This document shows positions 56,673 through 64,000 of a stretch of DNA of 64,000 bases, piece after piece. The position numbers and the translations under genes were made by a program. The notes under the pieces were generated by a model. That model was not told where the DNA came from. It saw nothing but the letters and a program-made list of their open reading frames with translations, and ran no database searches. Numbering within the stretch: position 1 is the first letter of the stretch; each line of letters starts with the position of its first letter. Source of the DNA: an uncultured Chloroflexia bacterium. GTDB taxonomy: Bacteria; Chloroflexota; Anaerolineae; Anaerolineales; E44-bin32. The stretch lies in contig CAVPZJ010000006.1 in NCBI GenBank assembly GCA_963710255.1, forward strand, positions 648,826 to 712,825, in the 5' to 3' direction.

Positions 56673-56760
56673 GCTGCTTCGCCAGCACCCGCTGGCCAGA
56701 TTTCATCGCAGCGATTGCTGCCTGGAGCGCTTCACGGCTGGCTTCGAGCTCGCCTGTCAT
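56341..56760 (-). CDS. TPR-like module of about 85 aa between the two permease genes; either a separate small gene or the frame-shifted N-terminus of the OppC-type permease
   Basis: MTGELEASREALQAAIAAMKSGQRVLAKQHARRAVSLDPRCEEGWLVLAGLADPHVGIAFAQRALSINPDSPRAQEAVRWFEAKLAE looks coding. The tail after that is Arg/Pro/Ala junk, while the permease frame becomes plausible (KANPALRARQDVRPAPTEQ..). Confidence 0.4.
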   Translation of the reverse strand: MTGELEASREALQAAIAAMKSGQRVLAKQHARRAVSLDPRCEEGWLVLAGLADPHVGIAFAQRALSINPDSPRAQEAVRWFEAKLAESKPRPSRAAGCTSCSDGATPCDPAAACAGRIGPPARETGRQMARGMARFPPT

Positions 56761-56866
56761 GCCAACTACCCTGTCCAACTGATTTGCGGAAGAACTCGGA
56801 TGCGTGCGTATGATGGAGCAGCCAATCTGGACACCAGCTTCATGAGCCTGACATGCGGGCAACCGG

Positions 56867-57851
56867 TCATCGCGTCTCCCGGTAGGTAATGCGCGGATCA
56901 AGCCACACGTAGAGGACGTCCGCTGCCAGGTTGCCCAGGACGAGGATGACGGCGAAGATCAGGATGCTGCTGCTCAACAGGAAATACTCGGATTGGAAGA
57001 CGCTCTCCACCATGACCTCTGGCCAGCCCGTTGATGGCGAAGATGTTCTCGACGATGACCATGCCTGGCAGAAGCGTCACGAAGAGCGGACCCAGGACGG
57101 TTACGGTCGGGATGAGCGCATTTTTCATGGCGTGCAAAAGGAGCACGCTCTGCTCACGGATGCCCTTCGCTCGCGCCGTACGGATGTAATCCTCGGAGAG
57201 CACTTCGAGCAGGCTCCCGCGCACCAGGCGGGCAATCGTCGCCGAGATGGCGATGCCGAGGGTGCCAACGGGGAGGATTGCGTGCTGTAGAAACTCAAGA
57301 TCGAAGGGCGGGAGCACTCCCAGTGTGAAGGGCGCCGTTGCGCCCCAGAAAGCAATTGGCAGCCAGTTGAGCTTCAAGCCCAGGACGTAGACCATCACCG
57401 GGGCAAGTACGAGATTAGGTATCGAGATGCCGATGACGGCCAAGAACGTGGCGACGTAATCCAACATACGATTGTGATAGAGCGCGGCGATGACCCCAGC
57501 CGGCAACCCGATCATCAGTCCGAACAGGATGGAAAGCACACCAAGCTGCAGGCTAATGGGCAACGCGCCGGCGATGACTGCGTTAACATTCCCGTGGCGC
57601 GTGCCCAGGATCGGCCCCAGATCACCTTGAAGCACGTTCCCGATGTAGACCAGAAATTGCTCCTGGAAGGGCCTGTGCAGGCCGTAGCGCGTCTCCATCT
57701 GGATGCGCAAGTTTTCGGACATCTGGCGCCCACCGGCAGACGAATTAAATGGTCCCTCGGGCTGTAACCGGACCATGAGGAAGGAGAAGAACATAATGGC
57801 CAACAGGACCGGGATGGATAACAAGATTCGCCGGATGATAAACCTGGTCAT
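56867..57851 (-). pseudogene. ABC transporter permease, OppB/DppB type; last 55 or so residues out of frame. May be an assembly indel.
   Basis: MTRFIIRRILLSIPVLLAIMF.. is a typical OppB N-terminus. After ..VENIFAINGLA the conserved ..VMVESVFQSEYFLLSSSILIFAVILVLGNLAADVLYVWLDPRITYRETR* is readable only in the adjacent frame (own translation). The shift is near 57015-57022. Confidence 0.8.
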
Positions 57852-57902
57852 CGCAACGCACCTGCAGACATGCAGACCGCAAGATAAGCCGCTTTTTGCG
57901 CT

Positions 57903-59744
57903 CTAAACACCAAACAATCCTCCACCGGTAATGGCTACCGTGAACAACCCATCAAGCAAGCCGTAGATGAGGAAGATTAAGGTTGGCGAGGATCGCTCCG
58001 AACGCAGGACAAGCCAGATGGCGAGGAAAGCTGAGAGGGTTGTATACGCCAAAGGTACGCCGATCATGAGCACTGGATGCCAGCTGTAAGGGATGATCGG
58101 GATCCACTCGATGAATGGTACGGTTGTCTGCAGCACCGGGAAGATCGCCAGTTTGATGGCCCAATAGATGCCCGCTGCAAGCAGCAGGCTGACCACATGA
58201 CCAGGCTGAAGAAGACGGGTTTCATTTCGACGCAGCACGGAAGTCAGCCCCAAAGATAACATGGGCAGGATCAACCAGAGAAAGGTTATGGGAACCAGGA
58301 TGACGCCGGAAATCATACCGAAGAGCGTGTCCAAGACCATCTTCTGCACATCGCCGGAGGTAAGTTCATCCCAGGTGGCGCGGTAGGATGGCGCTGTGGT
58401 CGCCAAGTAGACGCTGTACTGGCCAACATCCGTCGCCTCGAGCCATGAAAGATACATGCATCCCTGGTCGTCGACGATGAAGTTCGGATGGCGCGAGGCG
58501 GTATTGGTGAAGGTCACCAACTGATAGCTGCTCTCCCGCCCCATCTCGAAGTACTGGACAGACACCTGGGTTTGCGTCTGCCCGGATCGGGTTGGCACGC
58601 GCGAGCGATAAACCGCCGCTGTTTCATTTTGGAACGTCCCCGCAGAGACCAGCTCCCTTGCCTGGTCGCTTCCCTGGTCCTCATCACCCCAGGGCAGGCG
58701 CAATCCGCTCGCAAGCCCACCCGGTGGTCCTCCCTGGCTGTACTCAAGATCGAATGCCATCGGGAAGGTCAAACGTCCGCTGTGCTGGTCCGATATGTCG
58801 ATCAGCGGGAAGCTGACATACAGCGAGTCGATTTGGCCTGCTCGCAATCCGGTGTGAATCACCGCGGTCCAGAAGACATACGCATGGTAGCGGTCGAGGC
58901 CGATCGAGGGCGGCTCAACTTCGTCCGTCGTCGTGAAATCCGTTTCGATCCGAACAGGATCCGTGCTGGCTTGCAAACGCCCCGGGAGAAAACTTGCGTA
59001 GCGCAGCTCCGCGTCCTGGGCAAGTTCCGGGTCCGTGATCCAGGCGGCATGCAGGATCCCATACTCATCGGCCGTGATGGCGGGAAGGATGCCTTCTGCA
59101 TCGATCAACACCGGCTCGGAGCCCGGGCGCGACAAGTCCTGCCCATAGATCCCGGGGGCATCCGAACTACCCCCGTAGAAGAGGTAAAGATGTCCATCAG
59201 GAGCAAGCGTGACGTCGTAGCTCGAAACGGAGAGACTGCCTGAAATCTGGGCCGGCTCCCCGATGAAGGTCCCACCCGGATCGACGCGCTGCAGGATTAC
59301 CCGCTTCTCGTCCAACCAGAAAACCAGCAGCTGCCGTTCATCAACAACCAGTTGAGCGCTGCGGCCGGCATCGAGCGTGGACTCCGGCAGGGTGAGCTCC
59401 CAGCGCAGTTGGCCAGCTGGATCGAAGCTCACGAGCTCCAGGCTGTCGTCGAGTTCGTCCGAGAGGTACGCGGAGTACAGACTGCCCTCGGCGTCCCGGG
59501 CGATCGGGATCAAGTTCGAGCTCGACGTTGTCCCCACGAATTGTCCGCGGCTCCAACCGGGAGGTTGCAGCCAAACACGTTCTTGCGGACCACTGCTGCA
59601 CGCGCTGAGAAGGAGCAGGCAGCCGGCGAGGAGAACTTGTCTGCGATGAAGGATGCTGGGATGCGAAATGTTCTCCTCCGTCTTTAGCTCAAGATCGGGG
59701 TGAAAAGTGTACACCTCCTGATGAGAAGGTGGTAGCCGCCCCAA
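57903..59744 (-). CDS. hypothetical lipoprotein: extracytoplasmic domain of about 430 aa plus a C-terminal five-TM bundle
   Basis: Lipobox LLLSAC, a beta-rich central region, and five hydrophobic helices at the C-terminus. It sits directly upstream of the permease genes. No family recognised. Confidence 0.65.
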   Translation of the reverse strand: MGRLPPSHQEVYTFHPDLELKTEENISHPSILHRRQVLLAGCLLLLSACSSGPQERVWLQPPGWSRGQFVGTTSSSNLIPIARDAEGSLYSAYLSDELDDSLELVSFDPAGQLRWELTLPESTLDAGRSAQLVVDERQLLVFWLDEKRVILQRVDPGGTFIGEPAQISGSLSVSSYDVTLAPDGHLYLFYGGSSDAPGIYGQDLSRPGSEPVLIDAEGILPAITADEYGILHAAWITDPELAQDAELRYASFLPGRLQASTDPVRIETDFTTTDEVEPPSIGLDRYHAYVFWTAVIHTGLRAGQIDSLYVSFPLIDISDQHSGRLTFPMAFDLEYSQGGPPGGLASGLRLPWGDEDQGSDQARELVSAGTFQNETAAVYRSRVPTRSGQTQTQVSVQYFEMGRESSYQLVTFTNTASRHPNFIVDDQGCMYLSWLEATDVGQYSVYLATTAPSYRATWDELTSGDVQKMVLDTLFGMISGVILVPITFLWLILPMLSLGLTSVLRRNETRLLQPGHVVSLLLAAGIYWAIKLAIFPVLQTTVPFIEWIPIIPYSWHPVLMIGVPLAYTTLSAFLAIWLVLRSERSSPTLIFLIYGLLDGLFTVAITGGGLFGV

Positions 59745-59821
59745 AGACCAGGGATGTGCCTTCGGTTTCTACATGGAGTACGCTGGTATGTGAATTTTGG
59801 TTCAATGCGCGGGCGTTTAGG

Positions 59822-59860
59822 AAATCAAAAGGGCGATGCCATGCTGGGCATGGCATCGCC
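59822..59860 (-). terminator. rho-independent terminator after the DUF5666-like gene
   Basis: 13-bp stem GGCGATGCCATGC/GCATGGCATCGCC with a 3-nt loop. The minus strand then reads CTTTTGATTT. Confidence 0.8.
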
Positions 59861-59885
59861 GTGAGTTGTACATTTGGATCCGCGC

Positions 59886-61076
59886 TTACACGCCGGGTAG
59901 AAGGACCTCCCCCTCGGCTGGAGGACGCACCTGCCCGGGACCCTCCGGCCTTGAACCCGGTTCCGGTCGATCTTGCGGAGGATGTCCAGCTGCCACTACG
60001 CGGGCTAGCTGGCTGCCGTCTTCCTGCTGGGTCCCAACGATGAGCGCCAGCATCCCCACCTGGAGATCACCAAATCCACCGACCTCACCCTGGCGTGAAC
60101 GGTACTGGGTCGATTCATCCACGCTGAAGGTTTGGCGGTCGCCAGATTGCGTTTCCAGGGTAATTGTGCGGTTGCCAAGGCTCACGATCCTGCCAGCTGC
60201 CCGTGCATCGAGCTTGGGCCTGTCCGGGCGTTCACCGGGCGTGCCAGCCGCAACCATGAGTGCGATGGTCGCACCCTCATCGGTCTTAACTCCCGCCACA
60301 AGCGCACGCATGCCGGATTTCAGGTCATGGATGCTCGTCACGGTTCCATCCGGGCTGCGAAACTGCGTTCGCTCGACGACCTCAAATGTATACGCTTCGC
60401 CCTCGCTGCTGGTCAGAGAAAACGTTCCTTGGCCCGGATTGACCTTCGTGATCTCCCCGCTTACTCGGAAACCGTGCTCACGAATTTCCTCTAGTGAGCC
60501 AACAGCGACCAATAGCGCCACCCAGCCGTCCTGTTCGGTCTCCGCTGCGGCGACCAGCGCGCCCATGCCTGCCTCGAGATCAGCCAGCGAGCTGACCGAC
60601 CCATCCCGGCTGCGGAAACGCGTCCGGTCAATTACCGAGAATCTGAAAGCCCGGCCATCCTTCGTCTCGAGCCCAAAGCTCGAGTCAGCCAGGTTGATCC
60701 CGGTTATCACGCCCAGGATGCGGGTCGTTTCGGGGAGCTGATCTCCGGTAGCAACGGCGACCACCCTGGCCTGGATTGTCCCCGGGGCGCGCTCACTCCC
60801 ATGCACCAAAGCCCGCAAGCCGGTTTCCAGGTCTTCGAAGCCGGCGACTGACCCATCCGGGCTGCGGAATTGCGTTGCTCCCGTGACGTGGATGTGGACA
60901 TCACCCCCTGCGGCCGTGCGCAAGGTGAAGGTGTTCCCCGGCAGATCGAGGTGTGTGATTACGCCAACGACGCGGACATCAACATCGGGATGCTCTTCTT
61001 CAGCCTGGGCGACCGTCGCCGTCGAGAAAACCACCAGGCTCACCAACAACATGACTTGCAGCATCTTCTTCAACAT
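59886..61076 (-). CDS. secreted protein with four tandem DUF5666-like repeats of about 80 aa
   Basis: Signal peptide MLKKMLQVMLLVSLVVFSTATVAQA. Each repeat follows G.I..v......F.L.t..G....f.V...T.fRS.DGsV.s..DL..GM.ALV. The ATG at 61076 is preceded by AAGGAGG. Confidence 0.7.
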   Translation of the reverse strand: MLKKMLQVMLLVSLVVFSTATVAQAEEEHPDVDVRVVGVITHLDLPGNTFTLRTAAGGDVHIHVTGATQFRSPDGSVAGFEDLETGLRALVHGSERAPGTIQARVVAVATGDQLPETTRILGVITGINLADSSFGLETKDGRAFRFSVIDRTRFRSRDGSVSSLADLEAGMGALVAAAETEQDGWVALLVAVGSLEEIREHGFRVSGEITKVNPGQGTFSLTSSEGEAYTFEVVERTQFRSPDGTVTSIHDLKSGMRALVAGVKTDEGATIALMVAAGTPGERPDRPKLDARAAGRIVSLGNRTITLETQSGDRQTFSVDESTQYRSRQGEVGGFGDLQVGMLALIVGTQQEDGSQLARVVAAGHPPQDRPEPGSRPEGPGQVRPPAEGEVLLPGV

Positions 61077-61173
61077 CACTGACCTCCTTGAGATGATTTG
61101 CATGCTCATTCTCAAGGTGGCCAGCAAACGGGTGGTGATGGAGATGTAAAAGATCTGTAAAACTTCCTGGCCA

Positions 61174-61825
61174 CTACCCGGTGCCAGCCGGGAAATGCAG
61201 TTCCTCCTTGCCTGATAATCGTTCTTGGATCCGCTGGATGACGACGTCGAGATGGGGGGGGTGATGTACGAAATCCAGATCATCAGATTTGATGGTCAGC
61301 ACCGGGCAAAGGTCGAAGCGTTCGATCCAATCGGAATACAGCCCATCCAGCAGCTCGAGGTATTCCTGCGTGATCCCGGTTTCGATCTCCCGCGCCCGCT
61401 CCTGGATGCGCTTCAGCAGCACCTTGGACCGGCGCCCGCAGCAGGATGAGGAGATCCGGCGTCGGAAGGCTGCTAACCACAAGCTGATACACCCGCTGGT
61501 AGCTCTCGAAGTCGCGTTCCTGGATGGTACCTAACTTCAGGGCTGCCCGCGAAAATATCTCTGCATCCTCGTAAATCGACCGATCGATGATCGAGGACCT
61601 GTTCGCACGCGCCAGGCTGCGATGCTGCTCAGCACGATGTCCCAGAAAGAAAACCTGCAGGTGGAAGGCCCACTTGGCCATGTCGGTGTAGAAATCTGCC
61701 AGGTATGGATTATCCACGACCGACTCGAAGGCTGTCTCCCACCCGAGCCTCTCGCCGAGCTTCTCCGTGAGAGAAGTTTTCCCTGCGCCGATGTTGCCTG
61801 CCACCAGAACGAAATGGTTTGCCAT
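61174..61825 (-). pseudogene. deoxynucleoside kinase (dCK/dGK family), one frame change near 61426-61436 (fragments 61283-61825 and 61174-61482). May be an assembly indel.
   Basis: P-loop VLVAGNIGAGKTSL, plus DRSIYED. The junction reads ..PDLLILLRAP | SKVLLKRIQERAREIETGITQEYLELLDGLY... Confidence 0.8.
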
Positions 61826-61924
61826 CGATCACAAATCTCCGGTTGATTGCCCTCATCAGGGACGCGGGTGATTGGTTCTACTGGTTAGAAACCCCGGCAT
61901 CGGATTATGAAGTGATGCCCTATG

Positions 61925-62879
61925 TTAACCCCAGTGTTCTTCCAATGCCGCAGTCAGCTTCGTGGCAATGCCAGGGTTCTCGATGATGCCACATGCCTGG
62001 ATGCGTCCTAGCAAATCCAGCCACTGCGCACGCAGGCGATCATCCCTCAGAATGGGGCCTAGAATTTCAACCGCACCCTGGAAATCGGCCTCCTCATCTG
62101 CCAGGGCGACGGCCTGCCAGAAGCCAAGTTCCTCCAGTTCAGGTGCAGTCGTCCTCGCTTCCCCCCAAATCTCCTTCGCTTCTTCCAACTTGCCGAGCTT
62201 CGCGAGCGAAAACCCGTCATTGCTCTTGAGTTGCGCAGATCGCAGGCGGACCAACCTTCCCAGCTCTTCTACCGGTTCTTCATGCTCATCGACGCGGAGA
62301 TCATAGCGAGCGATGATGGCGTTTGCTGCCTCATGCCTCGCCCCAGAGTGTACAACCCGCAGCGCAGCCGATTGCATGCCGCGGATATCGCCCCCTTCTC
62401 GTTGTGCCGCGGTCAGCGCAGCCAGCATGCGGGCGGCTAACTCGCCACCAGCACTCTCAAAAGCATGCGCCATGGCCTCGATGACCGATGGCGCGAGCAT
62501 CATGTTGGCCTGTACGCTGTAGCCTTCGCCGGTTTTATGCCCTGCATACGCGATGCAGGAACCACCCGTCCAAGCCGCCGCCCTTCCCTCGTCATCAATG
62601 ATGGCCAATTGGCGTTGATCACGACCTTCATCCGTCGCCAGCAACCCGTCCAGCGTCTGTTCCGCCGTCAGCCCAGCACCGAGCATCGCCAGCCCCAACG
62701 GCCCAAAACCGGGATTGGTCAGGGCCTGGGTTGCGATGGCGCCGACCGCAGGCCGGACCCATGGGAACGACCGCGCCGACGCACATCTGGTGCGTTTGGA
62801 CTGCAACGCCTAGCTCACCGGTGTTCGCATCGCGCGCAACAATGCTGTAAGTCTCAACCAGGTTACGGGTATCAATCAT
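61925..62879 (-). pseudogene. DUF1028-family (Ntn-hydrolase-like) protein, one frame change near 62763-62766 (fragments 62628-62879 and 61925-62806). May be an assembly indel.
   Basis: ..TYSIVARDANTGELGVAVQTHQMCVGAVVP | WVRPAVGAIATQALTNPGFGPLGL... The junction is at a CCC run. Confidence 0.75.
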
Positions 62880-63036
62880 GACGACACCACTCCTAGAAAT
62901 TCCTCGTGTGCCGGGTCGGTTTGCTCACTCGGCCTGTGGATCAGCCTTGTTTCCCGGTCCAAGGCCTGGTCAGCAACATGAACGCCCCCGTGATTCTACG
63001 AAACGATCGGCATCACATGGGGTGCGAACCCAACGA

Positions 63037-63456
63037 CTATTCACCAAGGATCTTCACCAGCACCCGCTTTCGACGGCCGCCGTCGAATTCCCCGTAGAAG
63101 ATCTGCTCCCACGGGCCGAAATCCAGCTGCCCATCCGTAATGGCGATCAAGGCCTCGCGGCCCATGATCTGGCGCTTCATGTGCGCATCGGCGTTGTCCT
63201 CGCCGGTCCGGTTATGCCGGTATGCCGCGATGGGTTCGTGAGGCGCCAGCTTCTCCAACCATTTTTCGTAATCTTCATGCAGCCCGGCCTCGTCGTCGTT
63301 GATGAAAACCGAGGCAGTGATGTGCATGGCGTTTACCAGTACGAGACCCTCCCGCACCCCACTTTCCGCCAGGCATGCCTCAACTTCAGGCGTGATGTTG
63401 ATAAAGGCACGCCTGCCGTGAACATCGAACCACAGCTCCTTCCGGAAGGATTTCAT
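63037..63456 (-). CDS. yjbQ: YjbQ/UPF0047 family protein (secondary thiamine-phosphate synthase-like)
   Basis: ..[48 protein letters not shown]... The ATG at 63456 is preceded by GAGGAGG. Confidence 0.88.
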   Translation of the reverse strand: MKSFRKELWFDVHGRRAFINITPEVEACLAESGVREGLVLVNAMHITASVFINDDEAGLHEDYEKWLEKLAPHEPIAAYRHNRTGEDNADAHMKRQIMGREALIAITDGQLDFGPWEQIFYGEFDGGRRKRVLVKILGE

Positions 63457-63541
63457 GGTGAACCTCCTCAACCAAAGGCATGGATCCAATCGAAGCGAGT
63501 CATGGTCGCAGCAGATGACCTGGCCGTTTCCGGTTGCAGAC

Positions 63542-63994
63542 TCATCCCCCGTAAAACAGGTTGCCCTCGAGCTCTCTCAGCCAGAGCATCTCATCGTCCG
63601 GCCGGCCGGTGATCGCCACCCGTACGCCCGCATCGATGACTTCTCCAAGCACAACCTTATGATCTCCCTCCCCCATCGACTCCACCACCCGGCAGAGCAG
63701 ATACGCCGGGACAGGATCGAGCACAGGGATGCCCTGGACCAATTGGTAGGCAACGCCGCCCAGGGTGCCGTCCTGCTCTTCGACGTGCTTGAAAAAGGTG
63801 ACAGCTAACCGGCCCTGCTCTTTCCCCAGCATGTTCAGCGTGAATTTCCCGGCCGCCTCGACGACGCTCAAGGTCGATGAATCCCGCTTCAGGCAGACAA
63901 CGAGTTGGGGTGGCTGGAACGAGGCCTGCGTGACCCAGTTCAAAGATGCCCCTGCAAAACGCCCTTGCCCGTCCAGCGCGGTCAGCACGCTCAA
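63542..63994 (-). CDS. flavin reductase-like (FMN-binding split-barrel) protein; the N-terminus may lie beyond the window edge
   Basis: ..[17 protein letters not shown].. and ..[12 protein letters not shown]... TTG start close to the edge. Confidence 0.75.
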   Translation of the reverse strand: MSVLTALDGQGRFAGASLNWVTQASFQPPQLVVCLKRDSSTLSVVEAAGKFTLNMLGKEQGRLAVTFFKHVEEQDGTLGGVAYQLVQGIPVLDPVPAYLLCRVVESMGEGDHKVVLGEVIDAGVRVAITGRPDDEMLWLRELEGNLFYGG

Positions 63995-64000
63995 CCCGTA

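Noticed and set aside
1-64000. Search for CRISPR arrays, IS elements/transposases, integrases, prophage genes, RM/TA or other defence modules.
   Set aside because: I found no regularly spaced direct repeats. No ORF has transposase, integrase, nuclease-methylase or toxin-antitoxin signatures. Every ORF above 200 aa is accounted for by a metabolic, housekeeping or envelope call.

Overview
About 64 kb of densely coding, high-GC bacterial chromosome. I estimate 60-65% GC from hand counts of sampled lines. Most of it is core metabolism and information processing. The gene content fits a Chloroflexota-like monoderm: a GH57 branching enzyme with GlgA and MalQ, many lipobox proteins, and a solitary rpoC. 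That taxonomy is inference only.

Layout, left to right:
- A frame-broken cca, then hpt and tdk.
- rpmE, rpmA and rplU, followed by rpoC without rpoB.
- A coiled-coil/HEAT-like hypothetical gene.
- nnrE, ruvB, a DUF2905 gene and queA.
- pfkA and a secreted Cna-B/jelly-roll lipoprotein.
- tRNA-Glu(CUC).
- A TIGR03960/TIGR03936 radical-SAM pair.
- A long minus-strand beta-oxidation operon: TetR, MBL hydrolase, two ACADs, a FadN-like gene, thiolase and SCP2.
- maeB and tRNA-Arg(CCG).
- A lower-GC cassette: a rifampicin-phosphotransferase-like PEP-utilising enzyme, a small exporter-like membrane protein and a TetR.
- A corrinoid protein, a rhodanese and a YfcE-like phosphoesterase.
- A glycogen operon: GH57 branching enzyme, glgA and malQ.
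- etfBA plus an ACAD.
- A TPR protein.
- mtaB, yqeY, pgpH, ybeY and dgkA.
- An orphan multi-GAF histidine kinase and an Nfo-like TIM-barrel gene.
- An ABC permease pair that lacks a binding protein and ATPase genes.
- A large unknown lipoprotein and a four-repeat DUF5666-like secreted protein.
- A deoxynucleoside kinase, a DUF1028 gene, yjbQ and a flavin reductase.

I saw no CRISPR array, transposase, integrase, prophage, or recognisable RM, TA or other defence module. I cannot honestly name a new multi-gene system here.

The observations most worth a second look:
1. An L31 ribosomal protein fused to an RNA-polymerase alpha-CTD-like HhH domain. It sits beside an L21 with a histone-H1-like tail and a solitary rpoC.
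2. A self-contained mini-gene after queA, with a promoter, a strong SD, a 17-19 codon sORF and twin 13-bp hairpins.
3. A terminator-like hairpin between a consensus promoter and rpoC.
4. A lower-GC drug-modification-like cassette next to a tRNA.
5. At least 11 reading-frame breaks in 9 otherwise recognisable genes. These need read-level checking before any biology is built on them.

The ORF track prints M for TTG and GTG starts. I re-derived several starts from RBS context.
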